Virus record (IMG/VR): IMGVR_UViG_3300044641_009805
Span: 186,001-250,000 of that record
DNA length: 64,000 nt
Strand: one strand, 5' to 3'
The notes under the pieces were generated by a model. That model was not told the origin of the DNA. It did not search any database and saw only the letters and a program-made list of their open reading frames with translations. The number at the start of each line of letters is the position of its first letter. Position 1 is the stretch's first letter. Positions 55,092 through 63,630 of this stretch are shown piece by piece. The translations under genes and the position numbers were made by a program.

Positions 55092-55820
55092 ATGAACAAG
55101 CTTATAGATCCTCAAAAAATAGACTCGTTATTAAAAAAAGCTGTTAAGGACAGCATCTCCAAAAAAGCGCCATCTATTGGTTTAACGCCTCAAGCAGATC
55201 AGATAAATGAATCTTACGTTGCTGAGCCCAAGGTTTTTAAACAAGTAACTGAGTTTGTTACTCAAAAAACCAAAGATGCTCATTATGATCTCTACAAGGG
55301 CTACGTCGAATCATTCAACAAAGTATCTGCTGAACTCGACACTTCAAAACGTGGAGATGCTAACCCTCGTCACTCATCGTATAAATCTCTGAAAAAAGAT
55401 GAGGTTTATAACCTAAACGCGATTTGGCTTCACGAGTTATACTTCTCGAATTGTTTCGACCCACATTCTGAGATCACGATGGACTCTTTGTCTTATTTAC
55501 GATTGGAACGAGATTTCGGCACATTTGAAGACTGGCAAAGAGATTTCATAGCGTGTTCAAACTCAGCAGGAGTTGGTTGGGCTGTTTGCGGATATCACAT
55601 GTTTTTGCAGCGATATGTGAATACTTTCGTCGGAAGTCATGATGCGAATGTCATGTTGGGTATATACCCAGTGATCGTTCTAGACGTTTGGGAACATGCT
55701 TATCGTGATTACTTGAACGACAAACAGAGCTATATAGTTTCTCAAATGAGAGAAATTAATTGGAATGTGGTTGAAGAAAGAGTTAAGAAAGCCGAGCAAA
55801 TTGCGCAGGTATTAAAATGA
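55092..55820 (+). CDS. sod: Fe/Mn superoxide dismutase-like protein with ~40-aa N-terminal extension
   Basis: Metal ligands HYDLY, LHELYF, DVWEHAY; FGTFEDWQRDF, GWA, REINW..VEER. Confidence 0.85.
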   Translation: MNKLIDPQKIDSLLKKAVKDSISKKAPSIGLTPQADQINESYVAEPKVFKQVTEFVTQKTKDAHYDLYKGYVESFNKVSAELDTSKRGDANPRHSSYKSLKKDEVYNLNAIWLHELYFSNCFDPHSEITMDSLSYLRLERDFGTFEDWQRDFIACSNSAGVGWAVCGYHMFLQRYVNTFVGSHDANVMLGIYPVIVLDVWEHAYRDYLNDKQSYIVSQMREINWNVVEERVKKAEQIAQVLK

Positions 55821-56359
55821 AAATTCATTTAAAAGAGTTGAAAAAGATTATTAAAGATAGCGTATCTCATTTGCTCGAGGAGAAAAGCAAATCTTCTAAA
55901 GTAGAATCGGAAGACTCTTTAGACTCGCAAATAGACTCTTACTTCGCCAAATATGAAAAAGAAGCGACCTCTGTTAAAAAAGAAGGATTTGATTTCAAAA
56001 TCATGACGAGAAATTTTCTGTTAGAAGCAGAAGATGACAAAGCAGGCAAAGATGATAAAGCTCAAGAAGCTCCATCTGATCTTACGATCGATGATATAGA
56101 TCTAGAATCCTTTACAAACAGCGTAGTTCGTTTAATTGATAACTACGATTCTCTTTTAGAGGTAAGAGACACTGTGGTTCGTAGAGCCGTAAATTTCTTA
56201 TCAAAGAGTTATGATTCGAGCGTCATACAATCATTTAAAGAAATATTAGAAGAACAGTATGATATAGAAGTTGGCAAGAATCAATCAGAAGAAAAATTTT
56301 CGAAATTCCCAGCACCACCAGCCGATAGAGCTATGGGACCATCTGGAGGTGGTGCTTGA
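55817..56359 (+). CDS. Acidic hypothetical protein with N-terminal helix tag
   Basis: MKIHLKELKKIIKDS..HLLEE start. Confidence 0.72.
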   Translation: MKIHLKELKKIIKDSVSHLLEEKSKSSKVESEDSLDSQIDSYFAKYEKEATSVKKEGFDFKIMTRNFLLEAEDDKAGKDDKAQEAPSDLTIDDIDLESFTNSVVRLIDNYDSLLEVRDTVVRRAVNFLSKSYDSSVIQSFKEILEEQYDIEVGKNQSEEKFSKFPAPPADRAMGPSGGGA

Positions 56360-56694
56360 TCAGAACTGACATTTTGCATGATAGAAAATGCATTCATGTT
56401 AAATTGAAGAAAGATGTTCATCTACGTCTAAGAGAAAAATTATTCGCTTACCAGTTGTCTATACAATCTGTTTTTGATGAATTTGCGATGTTGATTGTTA
56501 CGGAGGATCGAAAAGCAATAAAAATGCTGGAAGATCTTGCGCTAAAAAGAGCTCAGGCTGAATTAGAAAAACCAATTAGGAAATTTACAGGAAGTCGTGA
56601 ACGTATTGATGAACTAGATCATAACACGCTGTATAATATGATCAATGCAGAAGACAAAAGAGGAAAGCGAAAAAAAGAAGATGAGTCTGCTTGA
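56356..56694 (+). CDS. Hypothetical protein, possible ribbon-helix-helix DNA binder
   Basis: KCIHVKLKKDVHLRLREKLF...SIQSVFDEF. Confidence 0.6.
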   Translation: MIRTDILHDRKCIHVKLKKDVHLRLREKLFAYQLSIQSVFDEFAMLIVTEDRKAIKMLEDLALKRAQAELEKPIRKFTGSRERIDELDHNTLYNMINAEDKRGKRKKEDESA

Positions 56695-56935
56695 AGAGAT
56701 TATCGATGTCGCAATAGGGTCTTCTCGAGTCATGTCAACCGTCGTCAATAACATGTTGGTGTTGACCAATGAGATAAAAAGCATCAAAGAATCTTTGTCG
56801 ACTCTTACTAAAGCGTTACACGTTCATCAAATTGCTATCTCTGAACTGATGGAAAACTTAACGCAAGATTCTATTAGAGAAAATTTTGAAGACGTAGGTC
56901 AAATAAAAAATGCGAGAAAAGACAAACCAAATTGA
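56681..56935 (+). CDS. Hypothetical coiled-coil protein
   Basis: ATG 56681 (MSLLEEII) overlaps the upstream stop region. Confidence 0.6.
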   Translation: MSLLEEIIDVAIGSSRVMSTVVNNMLVLTNEIKSIKESLSTLTKALHVHQIAISELMENLTQDSIRENFEDVGQIKNARKDKPN

Positions 56936-56936
56936 T

Positions 56937-57320
56937 ATGAGCAAGTTATTACCTTTTTTGAAAAAAAATTGGAGATATTTTGCGATTGCGATTTTTACTA
57001 TTTTAGTGTTGTTATTCTTGCAAAAAGATAGAATCTCTTTAACGCAACAACTTCAATCTACTCGAACAGCGTACGAAGAAAGAATCAGTCAGATTGAAAA
57101 TGCAAGAAAAGAAGAACGCAGACAAAATGATGAAGCGTTGTCACAACTAAAGAAAAAGCTTGTTGATGTCCAAAAACAGTATGACGATGCAAAAGTAGAA
57201 TTAGAAAAAAAGAAAAAAGAAGAAATAAAAGATCTTGTCGAAAAGTACTCAGACGACCCAGAAGAGCTAGCAAAGAAGCTTTCTGAAGTTACGGGATTTA
57301 AGATAATTCTTCCGGAGTAA
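56937..57320 (+). CDS. N-terminal TM plus coiled-coil protein (i-spanin-like)
   Basis: WRYFAIAIFTILVLLFL TM followed by a long charged coiled coil. Confidence 0.6.
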   Translation: MSKLLPFLKKNWRYFAIAIFTILVLLFLQKDRISLTQQLQSTRTAYEERISQIENARKEERRQNDEALSQLKKKLVDVQKQYDDAKVELEKKKKEEIKDLVEKYSDDPEELAKKLSEVTGFKIILPE

Positions 57321-57322
57321 AT

Positions 57323-57853
57323 ATGAAAAAAATTATACCGTTGTTCTTATCTGCATTTATATTCACGATTTCTTCTTGGGCTGTTTCTGATGAAAAGAAA
57401 GGTCCTAATGTTGAACTGTCTAAAGTTGTCAAAGACGTTGTTCCTGAGATGCCTAGTTCTGAAAAAGACTTGACAGCAATTTCTCCTATGCGAAAATCTC
57501 AGTTTGCTCCTTTTACTGGTGTCTTGCTGTCTCCGATGGCTATTGCGACGATCATCTCTGAAATAAAGTTTCAACAAGAAAAGATTGATATTGAAGTAAA
57601 GAAAGCAGTAGAAACAACGACGGCAGAATTTGCATACAAACAGCAAATCTTTGAAAATAGATGTACAGCAGATAAAAAATTGTTAGAAGTCAGCGTAGAA
57701 GAAAAGAAAAAGCAAATTGAATTGTTAGACTCTACCATCAAAGCAGAAATAGAATCAAGACCAAATCCAGTCATGTGGTCTTTATTGGGCCTTGCTGCAG
57801 GCGTTGTCGTAACAACAACAACAGCTTCTATAATAACAGCCGTTTCTAATTGA
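57323..57853 (+). CDS. Exported protein with signal peptide, coiled coil and C-terminal TM
   Basis: MKKIIPLFLSAFIFTISSWA signal, PFTGVLLSP, C-terminal WSLLGLAAGVVVTTTTASIITAV. No lipobox Cys. Confidence 0.65.
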   Translation: MKKIIPLFLSAFIFTISSWAVSDEKKGPNVELSKVVKDVVPEMPSSEKDLTAISPMRKSQFAPFTGVLLSPMAIATIISEIKFQQEKIDIEVKKAVETTTAEFAYKQQIFENRCTADKKLLEVSVEEKKKQIELLDSTIKAEIESRPNPVMWSLLGLAAGVVVTTTTASIITAVSN

Positions 57854-57864
57854 GGAAAATTACA

Positions 57865-58212
57865 ATGAGAAGAAATAACAGCATCCCGCCTCCTACTCTT
57901 GAACCGTTTATGGCAAAACCAGTAAAAATTGTTGAGAATGAAGAAAAGAAATCTTCCGCTATCCCGTGGTGGTGGATGAGGAACGACAAAGGTCGTAAAT
58001 CAGTGAGCGTGACATTCGCGTCAATTTCATTTTTAGTGACAACTTTAGTCTATCTTGTTGCAGCTTTTGAAAAATTAGGACCGGTATCCTTTAGACCTTT
58101 TGACGTAGGGGCGTGCATGGCTTATTTCTTGCCAGCTTTAAGCTTGTATTTTGGTAGAAGGTTAACTGAGGCAAAGTATTCTTCCACGCCTGAAACAAAA
58201 TCTGATCAGTAA
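57865..58212 (+). CDS. Two-TM holin-like membrane protein
   Basis: KSVSVTFASISFLVTTLVYLVAAF and CMAYFLPALSLYFGRR. Confidence 0.55.
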   Translation: MRRNNSIPPPTLEPFMAKPVKIVENEEKKSSAIPWWWMRNDKGRKSVSVTFASISFLVTTLVYLVAAFEKLGPVSFRPFDVGACMAYFLPALSLYFGRRLTEAKYSSTPETKSDQ

Positions 58213-58247
58213 ATTAGGAAATAACGTTATAGTTATCGAAGTATATT

Positions 58248-59198
58248 ATGAACTCGATTGTCATAACAGAATCTGCTTTGAGAGAGTTTTTGAGAGAGAT
58301 GTTAGATTCTCCGTCGACGAATAGTCATTTAGATGGAAATATGCCTGTTAGAATAAGTCCCGTTGTAGCTCCTGATGCTGCCGAGGTCAATTCTGCTAAT
58401 TCTAATTTCACACCTCAAAATAAAGTCGAGTTGTTATCTGCTTTGCGCACAATATGCAACGTAGAAGACGATCAAGTTCCCGCTGTTTACATAGCTGTAA
58501 AAGATGCGCTAGAGAAGCAAGGTGAAGAGATGAAGAATACCCAAGTTGAATCAACTATTCGTGCTACGGTTAGAAAACTATTATCTGAAATTTCAGCATC
58601 AGAAAAACGCCAAATGGCTGCCGACAAGTTGTGGAGTGAACTACCCAAAGTAGATCCTTCTACTTATCCACAAGTAACGAAGGTAGATCCAGGGGTTTCT
58701 AGTAAATCAGGAACTCCAGCAGAACAAAAAGCAAAATTTGAAAAGAATAAATCGCAGCTTCAAAAAACATTTTCAACTATGAAAATGTCAGACTTAGAAG
58801 ATGAAGCAGAATCAGAACCGACAGGACGTAAGAATGTCATGATGACAGACGTTGGTGGTTCCTCATTTAAAGAGATTGCAAAAGAGCTAGGATTTGCTGC
58901 AGAATCTGGTGCAAAACAAGCCGTTGAGAAAGCTTTAGAAAAAGCTAAACTTGTGACTAAGATGGATTTATTCGATCCTGACACTTTAGAGATTTTAGTT
59001 CTACAATCAATGTCAGATTATATCGACGTTTTATCTTCGACTGGGGAACTTACACCTCAAGAAGTAAAGATGCTGAAAGATAATCCAGCTATAGTTAGAA
59101 CGCTCGACGGATTTAGAGAATTTTTAGATAAAGATTTAAGAAAAGCTAAAAAGACGCTTGAGACAGCAAAAAACGAATCTAGATTGCGTGGACGTTGA
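58248..59198 (+). CDS. Tagged protein with sigma region-4-like HTH
   Basis: Two helix tags (ALREFLREML, TIRATVRKLLSE). GGSSFKEIAKELGFAAESGAKQAVEKALEK HTH. ATAGTTA at 58229. Confidence 0.65.
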   Translation: MNSIVITESALREFLREMLDSPSTNSHLDGNMPVRISPVVAPDAAEVNSANSNFTPQNKVELLSALRTICNVEDDQVPAVYIAVKDALEKQGEEMKNTQVESTIRATVRKLLSEISASEKRQMAADKLWSELPKVDPSTYPQVTKVDPGVSSKSGTPAEQKAKFEKNKSQLQKTFSTMKMSDLEDEAESEPTGRKNVMMTDVGGSSFKEIAKELGFAAESGAKQAVEKALEKAKLVTKMDLFDPDTLEILVLQSMSDYIDVLSSTGELTPQEVKMLKDNPAIVRTLDGFREFLDKDLRKAKKTLETAKNESRLRGR

Positions 59199-59200
59199 AA

Positions 59201-59956
59201 ATGTTTAATGCTACCATAGCCGCTGCAGTACAATTCGAACCGAAGATTCTTGACGTACAAAAGAATCTTTCTACTGCTCGTTATCTTGCTCATGAAGCCG
59301 CAGCAAAAGGAGCGAGCGTAGTGGTACTACCAGAATTGTGCATCAGCGGTTATGTATTGCGCAATAAACAAGAAGCTTCTCAATGTGCGCAAACTAGAGA
59401 TGGTTACCAAACTGAAGCATTTCTGCCAATAGCTAAACAGTACAATTGTCACATCGTGGTCGGATACGTAGAATTGAATGAAGGAAAGCTGTATAATTCA
59501 GCTGTAGTCGTAGGTCCAAATGGCGTTAGCGCTAATTTTCAAAAACACAATCTTTGGGCTAACGATTATTTGTGGGCAGAGTCTTCAGAAGCATTTAATC
59601 CCGTTGTTATAACAAGAGCTGGTCGACTTGGCGCTTTGATCTGTAGAGATGCTATGAATGTCTATAGAGAAAGTTACAAGTTTTACAAAGAAGATCAAAA
59701 ATTCTATAGAAAAGGGTCGGTTGATACTATAGCATTATTGACAAACTGGGGTGGGAATGTAGGTCATCCGGATCATACATGGGTAGAACTTGCCGAACAA
59801 ACGAATGCAAATATCATCGTTTCTAATCGTGTTGGAAAAGAAAGAGATTTGACATTCAAAGGCGGTTCTTGTATAGTTACTCGCAACAAACAAGTCTACA
59901 CACATGGTTCCAGCTTTTTGAACGAAGCCGTCGTTGGTGGTATAATTGAACTATGA
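59201..59956 (+). CDS. Carbon-nitrogen hydrolase (nitrilase superfamily)
   Basis: AAVQF, VLPELC (Glu), FQKHNL (Lys), LICRD (Cys), SNRVG.E..F.GGS. Confidence 0.9.
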   Translation: MFNATIAAAVQFEPKILDVQKNLSTARYLAHEAAAKGASVVVLPELCISGYVLRNKQEASQCAQTRDGYQTEAFLPIAKQYNCHIVVGYVELNEGKLYNSAVVVGPNGVSANFQKHNLWANDYLWAESSEAFNPVVITRAGRLGALICRDAMNVYRESYKFYKEDQKFYRKGSVDTIALLTNWGGNVGHPDHTWVELAEQTNANIIVSNRVGKERDLTFKGGSCIVTRNKQVYTHGSSFLNEAVVGGIIEL

Positions 59957-60333
59957 AGCTTGTAGAAATCAACCGAAATTTTATACGCGATTCTTTCAGA
60001 TCGATCGTCGATGCCCCGGTTAAGGTTGTAAAGAATGTTGATAAACCAATCATAGCGATTGAAAAATGGTCCTTTCTTGATGACGGAAATTCTTATGTAA
60101 AGAAGTTTTTCTTTGAAAGCCTACAAGATAGAAACAGATTTGTAACATCTCTATTAAGTTACGAGTCAGAGTCTGGTCATCATGCTAGATTAAGAATAGA
60201 CAAAAAAATAGTTTTTGTAGAACTAGAAACTCTAGAAAAGAACAAAACGACAGAGCTAGACAAAGCTTACAGCAGATATGCGGATTTAATTTGTAAAGAC
60301 ATAGCGTATAATCCGCTGTATGAAAGAGAATGA
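59953..60333 (+). CDS. Pterin-4-alpha-carbinolamine dehydratase-like protein
   Basis: W......YVKKFFF.S..DR..FV......SGHHARL...T......LDK.Y..YAD. Confidence 0.7.
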   Translation: MKLVEINRNFIRDSFRSIVDAPVKVVKNVDKPIIAIEKWSFLDDGNSYVKKFFFESLQDRNRFVTSLLSYESESGHHARLRIDKKIVFVELETLEKNKTTELDKAYSRYADLICKDIAYNPLYERE

Positions 60334-60700
60334 TTCTAGAATTTTAGTCAGCAAAGAACTTGAAGGTCAGATACCTGACATAGAAGGATCTTTGTCTGAT
60401 TATTTGTTTTCAGCTGTTTGCATTTATCTTAAAGATTCTAATGCTTCATTGGAGCTAGATGGCCCCATTACATCATTTTCTATTTCCAATGAAGTTAGTA
60501 TTAACATGAAAATGCAAATTGATAAAGCTTTTCATATAATGAAGTTGAAAAGCTTTTTAAAGTTTGATGATGTCAACTTTGTTTTAAAAGACAACTTAAT
60601 AAAATTGAACGGTCATTATGCAGTTCAACAAGTGAAAATGTTAGACATCAACGTTGAAGATCAAGAGTGCAATCTAGAATTAAGCATTAAATCTGTTTAA
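60320..60700 (+). CDS. Hypothetical protein
   Basis: 126-aa ORF in operon context. Confidence 0.65.
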   Translation: MKENDSRILVSKELEGQIPDIEGSLSDYLFSAVCIYLKDSNASLELDGPITSFSISNEVSINMKMQIDKAFHIMKLKSFLKFDDVNFVLKDNLIKLNGHYAVQQVKMLDINVEDQECNLELSIKSV

Positions 60701-60749
60701 TGATTGATTCAAGCGTCTAATATATAGTTATACCAGGAGTCACGTCACA

Positions 60750-60917
60750 ATGGAACGAGATGAACAAGATATAAATTTTGACAAATTTATGGATGATATT
60801 CTCATTAAAGAGTCAAAGAAAAAGCAGGAATTAGTTGAAGAAACTCCGCAACGTAAATATGTAAAAAAGTATACAGAGCGTGCTTCAAATCGCATTAGAT
60901 TTTCTAAGGTGTTATGA
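60750..60917 (+). CDS. Small hypothetical protein (55 aa; not in the ORF track)
   Basis: MERDEQDINFDKFMDDILIKE... Preceded by ATAGTTA (60724) and SD AGGAG; its stop overlaps the next ATG. Confidence 0.7.
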   Translation: MERDEQDINFDKFMDDILIKESKKKQELVEETPQRKYVKKYTERASNRIRFSKVL

Positions 60918-61414
60918 TGTCTAATCGTCCTACTATAAAATCTGGAGAAACGCTTAGCAGTTTTTTATCTGAGATTATTAAAGAATCTTATTCTGAAAAG
61001 ATAAGACTGTCTGAGAAAAAAGATGCGGAAGCTTTATCAACAGGAGATATTTCTGTCGAGGACGTGGTCGATAAGTTGAACGTAATTCGATCAGGAAAAT
61101 CTTTTAAGGATGAAGAAGTTCTAGCAAATATGCAAAAATACTTAGAAGATCTTGACAAGCCAGAAAAAACAGCGCTTCTTGCATTTTTAAAGGGCATATC
61201 TGAAATAGTTACTGCAGGTGTATCAGGAGCCAAAGCGTTTGAACCAACAGACACTCCTTCTAAAGTGAAGATGAAAAAGAAGTCATCTGAAAAGCAAAAG
61301 GTTTCTGTCACGCCGAATGTGATAAAAAAGCCAGAGTCTGAAGAGACTACAAAGTCTTCTAGTCCTTCAGAAGATACTTCTCCTCCTGCCCCGATTGAAC
61401 CCAAGAAGAAATAG
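60914..61414 (+). CDS. Hypothetical protein with helix tag
   Basis: LSSFLSEIIKE; KLNVIRSGKSFKD; Lys/Ser/Pro-rich tail. Confidence 0.72.
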   Translation: MMSNRPTIKSGETLSSFLSEIIKESYSEKIRLSEKKDAEALSTGDISVEDVVDKLNVIRSGKSFKDEEVLANMQKYLEDLDKPEKTALLAFLKGISEIVTAGVSGAKAFEPTDTPSKVKMKKKSSEKQKVSVTPNVIKKPESEETTKSSSPSEDTSPPAPIEPKKK

Positions 61415-61423
61415 TATTATAAT
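61395..61423 (+). promoter_or_regulatory. Sigma70-like promoter TTGAAC-N17-TATAAT
   Basis: Consensus -10; ATG 61433 downstream. Confidence 0.6.
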
Positions 61424-61432
61424 TCAATCATT

Positions 61433-61642
61433 ATGGAAGAAGTTAGGCGAATACATTTACATGATGGTGAAGTGCTTGAAGTCTCTATGAGACCAGGATT
61501 TCTTGAAAGAATCTCTTCACATTTTCAGCTAGCTAAAGCTGAAAACGTAACAGATGATCACATACGTATGTACATATTTGATGTATTTAAAAATGCGATA
61601 GACAAGGCTGAAAATGAAGGATTCAGAGAAAATTCTGCTTGA
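61433..61642 (+). CDS. Hypothetical protein
   Basis: 69-aa ORF after the promoter. Confidence 0.65.
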   Translation: MEEVRRIHLHDGEVLEVSMRPGFLERISSHFQLAKAENVTDDHIRMYIFDVFKNAIDKAENEGFRENSA

Positions 61643-61886
61643 ATATGTTACTTTAATACTTGAAAAAAAGATTAGAGAAGCCGACATATCTGACGGTCAA
61701 AAGGCCAAATGGGGATCAAGAAAACACATCTCAGATCTCAAGCGCCGTTTGAAAGAAGCTGAGTACTGGCGTGACAAGCAAAAGAAGGGCTCTGAAAAAA
61801 GAGCCCATTATAGAAATGTTGTTAATGACATCAAACGTCAGTTAAAAGCTGCTATAAAAAAAGAAAAAGTTGAAGACGAAAAGTAA
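61614..61886 (+). CDS. Basic hypothetical protein with helix tag
   Basis: KILLEYVTLILE; WGS.KHISDLKRRL. Confidence 0.7.
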   Translation: MKDSEKILLEYVTLILEKKIREADISDGQKAKWGSRKHISDLKRRLKEAEYWRDKQKKGSEKRAHYRNVVNDIKRQLKAAIKKEKVEDEK

Positions 61887-61889
61887 TTT

Positions 61890-62915
61890 TTACTTTTCGT
61901 CTTTTACAATTTCGTCTTTCTTAACTTTGCCGCTTTCAGGCTGCTGAGAGTTGATTAAACTTAGAATTTTTTCTTTTCCTGCGACGGAAACCACGATTCT
62001 TCCACCTTGCGTCGTCGCAACTATCGAGATAATATCTTTTGTAGCAAAAAACAACGAATTATTCTCATACCACACAATGCCTACTGCATCTCCCACTGCG
62101 GCTTTGATAGCTTCAGCATTGATTATTTTGTAGATGTTTTCCGGCGTGTAATCTTGCAAGTCGTTTTTCTTGAATTCATCCGACCATTTCTTTAGAAGAT
62201 TTGCGAATTGTTTTTGACCAAATTCTGTCAAATCGCTGATGTCTGAAATACCCATTCTTACGAGTTTTAGTACGAATGGAGTGCTAGTAAGCAACTTTCC
62301 TTTTGCTGAACCCATCTTGATTCCAGCGGTTTTAGACCCAGCTTTAACGTGCCAAGGTTCATTATTGATTGTTACATCATATAAAGAATTGCTTTTTTCA
62401 CCAGTACTTGTGTTTTCAAACATCAGACGAATCACAATTTCGCCTGCTCCAATTTGCATACCACCAGCTTTAGGATTAGTCGACAATCTTGCTACATCAC
62501 GCAAAACTTCAGGCACATTTATTGACGTATTAGCAGGCGCCGCAGCCAGCTTAAATAAAGAAGCCTCTAGCTTCGCTGGATCTTTTTTTGAAAGTAGAAT
62601 CTTAAGCTCGTCTCTTAGTACGTTTGTGCTTTCTACAATTCCCTTTAGTTTTTCAGAAACTGCTGGGTCGATACGATCTATGCCTTGTAACAAATTTTCA
62701 TAATCTTGGGATTCTTTCGCGGAAGGCTTTGACCCTTGCTCTACTGGAGATGTCCGATCTTTAGTTGTCGCCTTTAAAATAGAAGTTTTAATTTTCTTTG
62801 CGACTTTATCAGGAACTTCGAATTCTTCGTCATTAATAGTGACTTTTACTTCAAGCAATTGTTTTACGTACTCTCTAAGCAATGTTACGCTGCTTTTTCT
62901 ATTGTTATATGGCAT
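61890..62915 (-). CDS. Tagged protein with putative PD-(D/E)XK restriction-like nuclease fold
   Basis: LLREYVKQLLE tag; IGAGEIV...LYDVTINNEPWHVK. Confidence 0.6.
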   Translation of the reverse strand: MPYNNRKSSVTLLREYVKQLLEVKVTINDEEFEVPDKVAKKIKTSILKATTKDRTSPVEQGSKPSAKESQDYENLLQGIDRIDPAVSEKLKGIVESTNVLRDELKILLSKKDPAKLEASLFKLAAAPANTSINVPEVLRDVARLSTNPKAGGMQIGAGEIVIRLMFENTSTGEKSNSLYDVTINNEPWHVKAGSKTAGIKMGSAKGKLLTSTPFVLKLVRMGISDISDLTEFGQKQFANLLKKWSDEFKKNDLQDYTPENIYKIINAEAIKAAVGDAVGIVWYENNSLFFATKDIISIVATTQGGRIVVSVAGKEKILSLINSQQPESGKVKKDEIVKDEK

Positions 62916-62969
62916 ATCTAGATCTAATAATCCTATATTTATCTACTTAACAGGATAAATTTAGAATTT

Positions 62970-63389
62970 ATGGTACCAACAAGATTTTCATGCGGAGCTG
63001 TAGTTTATAGAAAGCAACCTACTTGCACGCAAATCTTATTGGTGAAGCAGTCTACAAATGATGAAGCTTGGGGAATTCCGAAAGGCCACATGGAGTATGG
63101 CGAAACATACGTAGAGACAGCTGTTAGAGAAACCTTTGAAGAGGCTGGAATTGACATAAAAATAATCACGCAATTACCCCACGTGTTCATAACAAGAAAA
63201 AAATATAAAAAAATTGTGATACCTTTCCTAGCAATACAAACATGTGATCGTGAGCCGAGCAGCGGTCATGAAGCTTCAGAAGTCGTAGAAGCAAGATGGT
63301 TCGATATAAAAAAGTTGCCTCCGTTGTGCTCGTATCAGCGTCCTATCTTCGATGCAGCTCTTTTGATGTTGGAGATGGGAAATGGATGA
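62970..63389 (+). CDS. Nudix hydrolase (Ap4A-hydrolase-like)
   Basis: SCGAVVY, WGIPKGHMEYGETYVETAVRETFEEAG Nudix box. Confidence 0.92.
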   Translation: MVPTRFSCGAVVYRKQPTCTQILLVKQSTNDEAWGIPKGHMEYGETYVETAVRETFEEAGIDIKIITQLPHVFITRKKYKKIVIPFLAIQTCDREPSSGHEASEVVEARWFDIKKLPPLCSYQRPIFDAALLMLEMGNG

Positions 63390-63630
63390 AAAGAAGCTAG
63401 AGCAAATTTTGTTAGAAATACGTAGTTATGCTATGAACGTGAAAGATTGGCAGACTATAAAAAAGGAAATTTTAAAATCCTTGCCTCCATCTGACAGGAA
63501 GTTTTTTTCTACAAGAGATCCATACACCAAACAGCAGACGTTAAATGAATTTGAACGTACGGTTGTAGAAAAATGGGAGAAATTAACGAGCGTTAAACTG
63601 ATAATTAAGAGTCGTGATGCAAGAAAATAA
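63382..63630 (+). CDS. Hypothetical protein
   Basis: 82-aa ORF overlapping the Nudix stop. Confidence 0.6.
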   Translation: MDEKKLEQILLEIRSYAMNVKDWQTIKKEILKSLPPSDRKFFSTRDPYTKQQTLNEFERTVVEKWEKLTSVKLIIKSRDARK

